Positions 1 to 15,423 of a stretch of DNA of 64,000 nucleotides are shown piece by piece. Origin of the DNA: Macrostomum hystrix. Taxonomy: Eukaryota; Animalia; Platyhelminthes. How positions within the stretch are numbered: the stretch's first letter is position 1; each line of letters starts with the position of its first letter. A program made the position numbers and the translations under genes. Location of the stretch: assembly GCA_950097015.1 (NCBI GenBank), contig CATNEN010000038.1:3348001-3412000 (forward strand), given 5' to 3'. The notes under the pieces were generated by a model. The model did no database searches and was not told the DNA's origin. It saw nothing but the letters and a program-made list of their open reading frames with translations.

Positions 1-189
1 TTTCTGAGAAGTTTTTGAGATGTCTAAAAATGTGGGCGTCTCATTCTGCCTGACAGGCTGGCCAAGATTTCAGCATCTCATCGTCAAACATGAGCTGCAC
101 TTTTAACTATAACAGTCATTGCCGACGCTACTTATATGGTAAAGCATCTGACACACACAATTCTATAGATCAATGCAAATGCATAGACT

Positions 190-588
190 CACACCCTCCG
201 CTCTTCACACCCTCTGCTCTTCACACCCTACGCTCTTCACACCCTCCGCTCTTCACACCCTCCGCTCTTCACACCCTCCGCTCTTCACACCCTCCACTCT
301 TCACCCCCTCCGCTCTTCACCCCCTCCGCTCTTCACACCCTCCGCTCTTCACACCCTCCGCTCTTCACACCCTCCGCTCTTCACACCCTCCGCTCTTCAC
401 CCCCTCCACTCTTCACACCCTCCACTCTTCACACCCTCCGCTCTTCACACCCTCCGCTCTTCACACCCTCCGCTCTTCACACCCTCCGCTCTTCACACCC
501 TCCGCTCTTCACCCCCTCCACTCTTCACACCCTCCGCTCTTCACACCCTCCACTCTTCACACCCTCCGCTCTTCACACCCTCCGCTCT
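190..588. repeat. 16-bp minisatellite (CTTCACACCCTCCGCT)n
   Basis: Direct tandem copies; source of ORFs 90..596 and 173..790. Confidence 0.95.
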
Positions 589-1148
589 CTATCTAACTCA
601 CTCCTCAGAGTTTTTTTTCAAGAAAATTCATACTTTTCCTAACCTTTTCGTTCCTTCTTACACTCTTGCAAGGCTTCAAATTTGTGCACAAAGTGCACGA
701 GTGTCTCAGCCTGAGGACACCAGTAGGAATGGGTGCGAATTCTACGTCAGCTCGAGGGAGACTCGGACATGCTTTTATCAAAGGCATTAGGAATCAGTCG
801 GCACTGCAGCTGCGGCTGAACAGGTGGGGAAGGAAAGGTAGGGGTGGGTTTGCCTCTCCTGTGTGACATCCGAGCAGGAGGCGGCCATCAGCTGCTCTGA
901 TGAAGAAGACTCTCGCACACTTTGAAAAATGCACTGGGGAAGCCAGGCCGCTGAGAGCTGAGCATGAAAATCGAATGAAAACGGTCCCACTGCCCGGGGA
1001 AATTATTGAAGCCGTAGCTAGGAGCTTCCTCAAACTCTCCCGCGTCCACCCCGCTCTCTTCAGGTTTCTATCCGCACTTGCCAACACTCGATAGACTTTG
1101 GGACTAAAGGATAAAATAATCCTCATAAGCGCTAAAGCTCCAACTCAC

Positions 1149-2226
1149 CATGAGGGCTTGCTTCTCAGTGCGGTACTCGGTAACCAAGGCGACTAGCTTC
1201 TCGGCCATGAAGAAGAAATACACGCCGCACAGGGCCACCAGACCCTTGAGCACCGTCTGGCGCTCATTGTGAAACTTCTGCGCGTGTGCGTCCTCCATGG
1301 CCGACTTGACAATGGCCTGCAGGATTCGGGATTCGAAAAATGGGATTTTTCCTAATTAAGCCTAACCTACCTCTAGTTTGCCTCTCGTGCCAATGTTCGA
1401 TTCCGCGGCGAGGCCAAATTTAGGTGAAGACTTGGGGGCTTGTCGCGAAGTTTACGCCATTGAGGGCCAACCTCCAAGGTGAAAGTGAAAGTTGACACTG
1501 CCGGACGATGAGAAAGTCAGGGCAGATGTACACACCTGTGTGAGCGTGTGCCTGCGTACAGTATCTGTGTGCGTTTGTGCTCAGGAGTCAGCGAAATGGG
1601 CAGAATTGACTCCTCGCTATCTGCGGGTCTAGTGTCACCAAATGATGTGCCATTGCCCGCAGCCCTCCTGCAATCATCATTTGGACCGGCCAAATACTTA
1701 CGTGCGGCAGCAGGTGCAGCATGGCGTCGCCAGTTAGCGAGCCGACAGCCAGGGCTACCAGGTACTGGATAAAGTGGTTGTAGTACTCAGACTGCACCAG
1801 TGGAACCACAGCCACGCCGGCCAGACCGACCAGGCTGATCACCAGGATTGAGACGCACGAGATTAGCCACACTGCGGGAGCGGGTCTATCAATCCATCAG
1901 TCTGACAATCAACCTGACAATCTATCAATCTATCAATCTGCCTATCTGTCCGATTACCCTTGGCTGAGACGGAGCCTCCCTCTCCAGTCCGAGTTCCGTT
2001 CGCAAAGCTCCCATTGCGTCCCAGAGCTTGTTGTTCGTCGTCCGAATGATCGTGGTCATCGCTGGCGGACGATGCTGAACACTGTAAACGGTTGAGCCAG
2101 GCTGCAGCAAATGTCTATGGTAATTATATCTAAAAGCAGAGTTGATATAGCTAGCCAACTTACCAGGCACAGAGTGGCACTCAGCAGCAGTACAGAGACG
2201 CACCTGACCAACTGACGTTGCTGCAT
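1149..2226 (-). CDS. LIV-1 subfamily ZIP zinc transporter (SLC39A6/10, fear-of-intimacy-like), 5' exons only; the gene probably continues past the left edge
   Basis: Exons 2226-2164, 2081-1958, 1871-1702, 1316-1149 join in frame at GT-AG sites: MQQRQLVRCVSVLLLSATLCL-CSASSASDDHDHSDD...VWLISCVSILVISLVGLAGVAVVP...LVALAVGSLTGDAMLHLLPH-AIV...GLVALCGVYFFFMAEK. GDAxLHLLPH is the LIV-1 TM2 signature. An alternative in-frame ATG lies at 2253. Confidence 0.85.
1378..1681 (+). mobile_element. tRNA-derived SINE, copy 1 (ZIP intron)
   Basis: B-box GTTCGATTCC near 1395; body aligns by eye with 7301-7663 and with the reverse complement of 11945-12270; (ATC)n tail. Confidence 0.8.
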
Positions 2227-3084
2227 TCTCTCACCTCCTAGGCAGCCGTGCATTAACAGCAATATATATATATATAAACAGTTGCCTAAACACTGCGCTG
2301 TCGCCAACTCGAACTGACTGACTGGCCCTGCCGCGCCGCTGATCCGGTCTAAAAATGTGCTTCAAACTGAGTGAAGACAGTTGGCCTAGGGTCCGTAGTT
2401 CGCTCGCTTCTGGCCTGAGGGGTCTCGGCTCGATAGCTATATTTTCAGCTCTAAATAGAATTGCAGAAAGAGGAGAGGGAGGGAGAGAGGGCGGAGAGGC
2501 TTGGGTTGGTGAGGGAGGCAGTTTAGCAACAGTGCCATCGACAGCGATCATTGGTCCGTTGGTAATGGCAATTCGTAAATAAAACATGCATTTATCGAAG
2601 CAGAACTGAGCGCACTTGAAATGTGCGATTCTCTGGATATAAGAGCAAAGCCGATGCTACTAGCAGTAGTTGGCGATGCTAAACCGAGCAACTATGCGAC
2701 TTTCTGCTTTCACTTGATGAGAATTAAATTAATAAATCAGGTCGCATTCCGCGTGCCAACCCCCAATCACTGGCCATTGTTGCGAAATTATTTTAACTTC
2801 GGTATTCTTTCAGTAGAACTGCATAATTTTGCTATGGAATGTAATGTTAGCACTTGAAAGTGTAGCCATAATTTGGTCGTGACATTTTTTTAACAAAGTT
2901 GACTGCGTGTCGACAACTGCGACCCCAAAAGGAACTGCATCGATACTTTGCTAACCAACGACGAATACAAGTACCCGAACAATATTCCCAACAGCGACAT
3001 TTCATCAGCTCCACCGAACAATATTCCATTAACTGTGTTTCCGACATCGTACATACTTTACCGATATCCTTATGATATCTAGAT

Positions 3085-3805
3085 GCATCCCATCGACATC
3101 ATAAGAAATTCCTACGATAACTTGAGATATCCCATCGACATCCCTATATCCCATCGACATCCTTAGATATCCCATCGACATCCCCAGATCCCTTCGACAT
3201 CCTTAGATATCCCATCGACATCCACAGATCCCTTCGACATCCACAGATCCCATCGACATCTTTAGATATCCGATCGACATCCTTAGATCCCATCGACATA
3301 CCTAGATCCCATCGGCATACCTAGATCCCATCGACATACCTGATCCCATCGACATACCTAGATCCCATCGACATACCTAGCTAGATCCCATCGACATCCC
3401 TAGATTTCATCGACATCATTTGAAGTCCCATCGACATCCTTAAATATCCCATTGACATCCCAAGATTCCATTAACATCATTAGAAATCCCACCGACATCA
3501 TTAGATATGATATATATCCCCAGATCCCATCGACTTTCCTAGATCCCATTGAAATCCCTAGATCCCATCGAAATCCCTAGATCCCATCGACATCATTTTA
3601 AATCCCACCGACATCCTTAGATATCACATCGACATCCTAAGATTCCATCGACAGAATAAGAAATCCCACCGATATCTTAAGATATCCTATCGACATCCAT
3701 AGATCTCATCGACATCACTTGAAATCCCATCGAAATCATGACAGATCCCATCGAAATCCTTAGAGATCCAATCGACATCTTTAGATATCCCATCGACATC
3801 CTTGA
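3085..3805. repeat. Degenerate ~19-21-bp minisatellite (GATCCCATCGACATCCCTA)n
   Basis: Recurrent CCCATCGACATC core. Confidence 0.9.
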
Positions 3806-4379
3806 AAATTCCACAGACATTATTTATAAGCTAAAAATTCTCACCACGCTACTTGTTTAGTAGTGAGATGCAGCTTCTACAGTTCTGACACAAAAATAAT
3901 TGAAACTTTAATTCTGACGTACAAAAAAGTGTCTTTAATTTTATTTTTCATCATTAAATAGTCTTAAATTTTGCTTTTTACATTTATAATTTGTATATTT
4001 CTAAATTAATATATAAAATTAGTTTAAAATGCGTAACCCAATGCATTAATTTCACAGGTAAACTGGGGAGTGCGCGCCTTTCATAACTGGAGATAAAACA
4101 AAACTGGCTAGAGAGGAAAATCCAGTAGCCAGTAGCCAACAGCCAACATCCAGTAGCCGACTTTGGCTAGGAAAGTCCGAAAAAGCAAAAGTCTTCCTCT
4201 GCTGGGCCAGGGAATAATTAGATGTTCTCTTTCTAAGAAAACGAACCTATAATTATATAGGTCACAAACCTGCACGGCCTGACCACAGCTCTGCCTCTAT
4301 TAGCGCTAACTCTATCTGACAACTGCGGTTCGATTCCCCGATGGCGGCAGCGACAAGCAGTGAGTTCTACTTCTTGTTA

Positions 4380-4572
4380 GGATTCTAGATCAGAGGACAG
4401 GATTCTAGATCAGAGGATGGGATTCTAGATCAGTGGATAGAATTCTAGATCAGAGGATGGGATTCGAGATCAGAGGATGGGATTCTAGTTCAGAGGATTG
4501 GATTCTAGATCAGAGGATGGGATTCTAGATCAGAGGATGGGATTCTAGATCAGAGGACAGGATTCTAGATGA
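4380..4572. repeat. 20-bp minisatellite (GGATTCTAGATCAGAGGATG)n
   Basis: About 10 tandem copies. Confidence 0.95.
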
Positions 4573-4970
4573 GAGAACCTACAGTACCTTCAGCAAGTCA
4601 CGTGAGCTTTTCATCAAGTTGGTGTCGCAAGCTACAGCTTTACTTTCCCATTGCTAAGTGTTTTTCTTTGCGCTAAAAGCAATACTTGCATGGGTCTTGG
4701 CTTGGGTGTGCATGCTAGAAAGTGATACTGCAACAAACTGCTTGAAATCTGAGACAGCAAGGCAGGAAGTCTGTCAACCATGGCCAGCTCTTGGCTATTC
4801 AAGAGTAGGTCCAGCAGACTCAGCCAGTGTTTAGTCTAAGAAACAGCATCGAGCATTTAGTGCCCTTGCCGCCTCTTCCTGTGCAAATTCTACGTTTTTA
4901 AATCGAGAGACGCAGCTCTAAAGACTAAATTAAAATAAGCGGCTTTGCAGTCACGGAGAATTACGAGAGA

Positions 4971-7900
4971 ATGGCTTACTGCAATAATAATAATAATAAT
5001 GATAACAAATTCGCCTTTGTCAATGCGAATGGAAGCCAGACAATGGAGCGTTTGGTGAACACTTCAGATGAAGTTGGTGCTGGCGGCGGCGGAGACAGCT
5101 CCACAGACGGTTGCTACGCGGTCCTGAAGTCCATCATGTTCTTCTTCAATGGAGTGTTCTGGGTGAGTCTTGACGGTCTGATTAATTTGATTAGGCTTAA
5201 CTTGTGTGGCAGGCGTATCAAAGGTAAAATACTGTTGCTATGCAGATGGGATGCGTATCCAAGGTAAACTACTGTTGCTATGCAGATGGGATGCGTATCC
5301 AAGGTAAACTACTGTTGCTATGCAGATGGGATGCGTATCCAAGGTAAACTACTGTTGCTATGCAGATGGGATGCGTATCCAAGGTAAACTACTGTTGCTT
5401 TGGGAGTCTAATCAAACAATAAGCTCTCTCGGTTCTCACTTTCAGTTGCTCGGCGTCGCCACCTTCAGCGTGGGCATCGGCATCCACACTGACCGGGAGT
5501 TCCGGGTGGCCATTGAGGGCTACATTCCCGCCGCTGGCGCTGGGGCCAGCGTCTTCGTCATCGTCGGCGTTGCCATGGTTACCACCGGCTTCCTCGGCTG
5601 CTGCGGAGCCATCAGGGAGAGCCAGTGCATGCTGCTGTCGGTGAGGCTCTGGTTTGTGGGGCCGGCTTTACCTGTCCTCTGTGCTTCCTAGTTTCCCTCC
5701 CTTCATAGTTTCCCTCCCTTCATAGTTTCCCTCCCTTCATAGTTTCCCTCCCTTCATAGTTTCCCTCCCTTCATAGTTTCCCTCCCTTCATAGTTTCCCT
5801 CCCTTCTTAGTTTCCCTCCCTTCATAGTTTCCCTCCCTTCATAGTTTCCCTCCCTTCATAGTTTCCCTCCCTTCATATTTCCATCCCTTTATAGTTTCCC
5901 TGTCTTCCTAGTTATTCTCCCTTCATAGTTTTCCTCCCTTCATATTCCCATCCCTTCATAGTTTCCCTCCCTTCATAGTTTCCCTCCCTTCATATTCCCA
6001 TCCTTCATAGTTTCCCTCCCTTCATATTCCCATCCCTTCATAGTTTCCCTCCCTTCATAGTTTCCCTCCCTTCATATTCCCACCCCTTCATAGTTTCCCT
6101 CCCTTCATAGTTTCCCTACCTTCCTAGTTTTTCTCCCTTCATAGCTTCCCTCCTTTCATCATTCTCCTTTCCCTGGTTCCTTTCTAACACACTCTAAATT
6201 GTTGCTGAAACCGCATTGGTTGTATTAATAGTCGTTCACTGGAAAAGTTTGTCGGCTAACGAAACTAATTTAATAAAAGTGCACCGATAAAAAGGACTCG
6301 TGCGAGCTGATGAGGGCTAAGGGCAGACACCTGACTGACTGGCAGATGGTGCATTTCCTGTAATAGATAAAAAGAGCTGCACATTGCACTGTTCCCATCG
6401 GTAGAAATAATTAAAGTGACTGGGCGCCACCCTGATTCTCAATCAGGTAGATCACAGTCGGGTCAGGTTAGTCACGTGACAGTCAGGTCAGGTGTCAGTC
6501 AGGTCAGGTGTCAGTCAGGTCAGGTGTCAGTCAGGTCAGGTGTCAGTTAGGTCAGGTGTCAGTCAGGTCAGGTGTCAGTCAGGTCAGGTGTCAGTCAGGT
6601 CAGGTGTCAGTCAGGTCAGGTGTCAGTCAGGTCAGGTGTCAGTCAGGTCAGGTGTCAGTCAGGTCAGGTGTCAGTCAGGTCAGGTGTCAGTCAGGTCAGG
6701 TGTCAGTCAGGTCAGGTGTCAGTCAGGTCAGGTGTCAGTCAGGTCAGGTGTCAGTCAGGTCAGGTGTCAGTCAGGTCAGGTGTCAGTCAGGTCAGGTGTC
6801 AGTCAGGTCAGGTGTCAGTCAGGTCAGGTGTCAGTCAGGTCAGGTGTCAGTCAGGTCAGATGTCAGTCAGTAAAGCTAGAGTGACCTTGGAAACCCAATC
6901 ACCGTTTCTCGACGCAGTTCTTTGTGATTCTGTCAGCGGTTTTCACCGCCCTCATTGGGGCTGGCATCTGGGCGGCGGCGTCCAAGGACCGGCTGTCCCG
7001 ACTGCTCTACGGCGCGTTGCAGCGGCGGGTGGAGTTGTACAGCGTCGATCCGACCAGCAGGGAGATCATGGACACCGTCCAGAAGCTGGTGCAGTGAACT
7101 CTGCTAATTTAGTCCTAATCTAAAAATATCATAGCCTAATATGATATAATACTCATGTTACTCGTGAAGTTATTTTTTGCTATCGTTCCTTTCTTACGTT
7201 TGGTTCGTTAATTAGTTTCGTCGTTATTCTTCACGTTTGTTGTTGCGTCTTATTGAAATTTTATACATTTAGGTTGAATTTTACTATATATATTTCTAAC
7301 GTCAGGCGTGAAAGGCAGAGCGGCTAACGCCTCTCGTACCAACGTCCCTGAGCACGACTCCACGGCGAGGCCACATTTACTTGGGGCGCAGCCGCAGAGA
7401 GAAGGCTTGGGGGCTTGTCATGCAATTTACGCCCTTGTGGGCCAACCTCCGAAAACACATTGAGAGTGTACACTGCCTAACGATGAGAAAGTCAGGGCAG
7501 ATGTACACACCTGTGTGAGCGAGTGCCTGCGTACGGTATCTGTGTGCGTGTGTGCTCAGGAGTCAGCGAAATGGGCAGAATTGCCTCCTCGCTGGCTGCA
7601 GGTCTAGTGTCACCAAACGATGTGCCATTGCCTGCAGCCCTCCTGCGATTATTATTATTATTACTGTAAACCTCATTGACAGAAAATGTATTCCTTCGTG
7701 TGTGGCTCATTTTACTCATAAATCTCGTTAATTTTCTCAGCTTTTGTTAATTATTTAATTAGTTAGTATGCCCCGTGGAATTTGATGATTTTCACCCGGC
7801 TCGCCCACCAAAGTTCGAATGCTGCGGCGCGCTCCACGGCGGCTCTGATTATCATCGCACCGGCGCCAAAGTACCCAGCTCCTGCGGAAATCGATTCGGC

Positions 7901-8234
7901 CTTACCGACGGCTGCTTCTACAAGATCAGCAACTCGCTGACGGCAAACCTGGCCCGGGTCACCGGCACCGGCGTCAGCATCGCCTTCATTGTGGTGAGCA
8001 AGACTTCTTTTCGGTTCGAGCAAGAATTTGAAAGTAGGACAATATTCACTACATGCCTACTGAGATCAGTAGGCTTATTAGCAAATTTATTGAATTTTTA
8101 TATTGCAATATTATTGGAAAACCATTCATTAAAAACAGCTGCTCGGCATGGTGCTGTCCATGATGATCTTCTGCAACCTGCGCGATCAGCAGAGCCGCGC
8201 AGCCAGAGCTGCTCAACTGCAGCGTCAGCCGTGA
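4971..8234 (+). CDS. Tetraspanin with 4-Cys EC2
   Basis: Exons 4971-5162, 5446-5640, 6918-7088, 7814-7993, 8139-8234, all phase-0 GT-AG. Motifs: KSIMFFFNGVFW, GFLGCCGAIRESQCML, EC2 CCG...PSSC...GC, TM4 LLGMVLSMMIFC. The start could instead be the Met at 5043. Confidence 0.92.
5215..5400. repeat. 40-bp minisatellite in tetraspanin intron 1
   Basis: ATGCGTATCC recurs at 5251, 5291, 5331 and 5371. Confidence 0.95.
5690..6160. repeat. 17-bp pyrimidine-rich minisatellite (AGTTTCCCTCCCTTCAT)n
   Basis: Tandem copies in tetraspanin intron 2. Confidence 0.95.
6478..6871. repeat. 16-bp minisatellite (GTCAGTCAGGTCAGGT)n
   Basis: Near-perfect tandem array in tetraspanin intron 2. Confidence 0.97.
7301..7663 (+). 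mobile_element. tRNA-derived SINE, copy 2 (most complete; tetraspanin intron 3)
   Basis: A-box-like GGCAGAGCGGCTAA, B-box-like GAGCACGACTCC, head ending GGCCA, shared body, (ATT)n tail. Confidence 0.82.
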
Positions 8235-8504
8235 ATTCGCTGCGGTGGCAAACGCTTCGAGTTTCTAAGAAGTTATTGGATTCATTGGACAAAACGTATT
8301 TTAAATAAGGTCTCAGTAAAGACAATTTTCATGCAGCATACAAGGAGACAAGCGCACTGCTGAATACTAATTTAACCCCACTGAAATTCACCGCCATTCA
8401 TGTTGCACAAACTTTCTCTAACGAAATCTGTCATTGTGGCTGATATGTAAAACAATACAATGAACTACTTTGGTTAAGGCTTCGTTTAAACATTTCTCGA
8501 AGCA

Positions 8505-9220
8505 CTCATTGGAGACATTGTGGGTGAGTTGCAACTAGTTGGAGACATTGTGGGTGAGTTGGAACTCATTGGAGACATTGTGGGTGAGTTGCAACTCATT
8601 GGAGACATTGTGGGTGAGTTGCAACTCGTTGGAGAGATTGTGAGTGAGTTGCAACTCGTTGGAGACATTGTGGGTGAGTTGCAACTCGTTGGAGACATTG
8701 TGGGTGAGTTGCAACTCGTTGGAGACATTGTGGGTGAGCTGCAACTCGTTGGAGACATTGTGGGTGAGTTGCAACTCGTTGGAGACATTGTGAGTGAGTT
8801 GCAACTCGTTGGAGACATTGTGGGTGAGTTGCAACTCATTGGAGACATTGTGGGTGAGTTGCAACTCGTTGGAGACATTGTGGGTGAGCTGCAACTCGTT
8901 GGAGACATTGTGGGTGAGTTGCAACTCGTTGGAGACATTGTGAGTGAGTTGCAACTCGTTGGAGACATTGTGGGTGAGTTGCAACTCGTTGGAGACATTG
9001 TGGGTGAGTTGACACTCGTTGGAGACATTGTGAGTCAGTTGCAACTCGTTGGAGACATTGTGGGTGAGTTGCAACTCGTTGGAGACATTGTGAGTGAGTT
9101 GCAACTCATTGGAGACATTGTGGGTGAGTTGCAACTCATTGGAGACATTGTGGGTGAGTTGCAACTCGTTGGAGACATTGTGGGTGAGTTGCAACTCATT
9201 GGAGACATTGTTGGTGAGTC
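8505..9220. repeat. 30-bp minisatellite (GGAGACATTGTGGGTGAGTTGCAACTCGTT)n
   Basis: About 24 copies; source of the spurious ORFs at 8486-9238. Confidence 0.97.
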
Positions 9221-9994
9221 GTAACCAATTTGAGTCATTGTGAAGACACTCCAGTCACAAGTTGTGTTTAAGGTTGAAGTACAAACAAGGTGTTTGCAAT
9301 CAGTTTTGTGATAAAAATCTGGTTAAGTTTATCGGTTGTATTTACTATAAAAAATTATAAACACATTTAGTCAAGCAGAAAACACTGAAAATTGTTTCTG
9401 GGGGGTAACTCGTAAAAAAATCAAAGCAATATTGCACAGGCACACTCGTATGAAATGTGCATAGTAATTTTAGAGCTGTTTATGTACAGAAAGCTGTATG
9501 TAAAAGTATATGAATATAGAAAACATAAATGTTAAAGGATAACTAACTGAGCCTACGTGGCGCAAAAGTTTTAAAATTCGGATAAAATAGTAACAATTGT
9601 ATTTAAATTTAACAAATCACTATTTATTTTAATCGATCATGTGACATTTTACGACAAAACAACTAATTTAAAACATGCAAAACAGTTTTGGGAGACTCTC
9701 AGAAGTTCCTTCTGTGGCAAGCCGAAGTAAGAATTGGTGTCTAGCCAGTTTAGAAAAGCGCATGAGACAGTTGTAAATTCTGTCTCTTCAAAAAAGTGCA
9801 AACTGAACTAACATTAAATGAGTCCGAACAGGTAAGCGAACAATTATTGGAAACAATTGAAAACAATTTGCCAGACAATTAGGAGTAAAAAAGGAGCTAC
9901 TGCGGCAGGAAAACACTCAAAATGTGGAATTTAGATTCCTCATTCTTAGGGAGTGAGGTGGGTGACCCCAAGGAGTAGGGTGGGTGCTAATTTT

Positions 9995-10330
9995 CCTACC
10001 TGAAAGAGTGGGGTGGATGCGATATTCCTAACCCGAAGAAGTGGGGTGGATGCGATATTCCTAACCCGAAGAAGTGGGGTGGATGCGATATTCCTAACCT
10101 GAAGAAGTGGGGTGGATGCGATATTCCTAACCCGAAGAAGTGGGGTGGATGCGATATTCCTAACCTGAAGAAGTGGGGTGGATGCGATATTCCTAACCCG
10201 GAGAAGTGGGGTGAATGCGATATTCCTAACCCGAGCAAGTGGGTGGATGCAATATTCCTAAGCCGAGCAAGTGGGTGGGTGCGATTTTCCTTGCCCCAAG
10301 AAGTGGGGCAGGTGCGGTTTTCCTTAGCCA
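9995..10330. repeat. 33-bp minisatellite (CCGAAGAAGTGGGGTGGATGCGATATTCCTAAC)n
   Basis: Tandem copies; related to the 11190-11565 array. Confidence 0.9.
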
Positions 10331-11189
10331 AAGGAGTGGGGTGGGTGCGAGGAGAGCTTTACAAAGCCCAAAAAGCGGATTGGATGAATAAAAATTTCGC
10401 ACTGTTGAGTTGAGTTGCTGCATTGTTCTATATAATTCATTTTAAGAAAGATGATAAAACAAGATTAAGAAAAGCCTAAAATGAGTGCATTGAATAACGC
10501 TTTGCTAAATTGCGACAGGTCCAATGTAGTGTAACGAAGCTGGGACTATTTTCTAGCAACTATGCCTGAGTAAAAATAGAATTTAATAAAAATGTTAAAA
10601 TATCACAAAAGGGAGTATTAATAGGAGTTTGTAAAACTATTTCTATTAATCTAGAAGAAGCGCTTTCAGTTCTGATGTACGCTGATAGATCACAAGTGAA
10701 GCAAGTTTATAGGCGTGCATATAACGCGCGAAAAAAGTACGCAAATTATTTGATAAAACTTTCCACTTCACTCTATCTTAGCAAATACGCTCGTGCATAA
10801 TATCGTTTTTATAATAAATGTGACTTAAAATCTAACTTGACTAGACAAATTTAAACCCGAAAAGAGAAAAATTAATATTAATTCGGCTATTCCACTTACG
10901 AACAAAAAAGCACGTACTTTACTATACGATTACTTGAAGTGCATATCAAAATAGCGAAAATTCACGGCAAATACTTCGAAGTAGTTAAGCAGAAGGGATC
11001 TAACTACTCAATATCTTTACACAAAACAAAACAGTTCTAGAATATAGTATGTTAATATCCTCAGAATTAGAAAGTTTATAATAAGGCAAGAGATAAGCAA
11101 AACTACCTATCTGTTTATTTTATGATGTAAGATGTAATATGACAATAATTACCTTTCTAACCTGAGGGAGTAAGTATCGATTTTCCATC

Positions 11190-11565
11190 TCCGAGGAGTG
11201 AGGTAGCTATCGTTTTGAAACCCCGAGGAGTGGGGTGGCTATAGATTTTCTAACCCCCGAGAAGTGGGGTGGCTATAGATTTTCTAACCCCGAGGAGTGG
11301 GGTGGCTATAGATTTTCTAACCCCGAGGAGTGGGGTGGCTATAAATTTTCTAACCCCCGAGAAGTGTGGTGGCTATAGATTTTCTAACCCAGAGGAGTGG
11401 GGTGGCTATAGATTTTCTAACCCCGAGGAGAGGGGTGGCTATAGATTTTCTAACCCCCGAGGAGTGGGGTGGCTATAGATTTTCTAAGCCCCGAGAAGTG
11501 TGGTGGCTATAGATTTTCTAACCCCGAGGAGTGGGGTGGCTATAGATTTTCAAACCCCGAGGAAC
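11190..11565. repeat. 33-34-bp minisatellite (CCCCGAGGAGTGGGGTGGCTATAGATTTTCTAA)n
   Basis: Tandem copies downstream of the ARF6 stop. Confidence 0.93.
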
Positions 11566-11742
11566 AGCTATCGAATTTTACGAACAATTATTTGTTAAAA
11601 AATCTATCTAGTAGACAGCAATAAAGCAGACACTTTTAAGTTGTAACGCCATTATAATTTTGTTTGACAAAGTTAATAACATTTGTAAACTTGTTTCGCA
11701 ATTAACAAACTTTACCTAAAAAAGTGAACCGGCATTTAAATT

Positions 11743-15423
<3,681 letters not shown>

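Noticed and set aside
605-1126. ORFs that might be further ZIP exons
   Set aside because: The best acceptor leads to an early stop and no HEXPHE/TM4-5 motif is present; treated as intron.
4295-4355. tRNA-like B-box GGTTCGATTCC
   Set aside because: No cloverleaf or clear A-box; at most a decayed SINE head, not a tRNA gene.
6300-6345. CTGATGAG hammerhead-like box (also CTGATGA near 897)
   Set aside because: No stem II followed by GAAA and no closing stems could be built.
8486-9238. Long repeat-peptide ORFs here and at 90-790, 6492-7123, 22490-23582, 26144-27545, 35735-36754, 38786-40007, 47834-48463
   Set aside because: They are open on several frames or strands simply because the satellite units lack stops, and they lie in introns or spacers.
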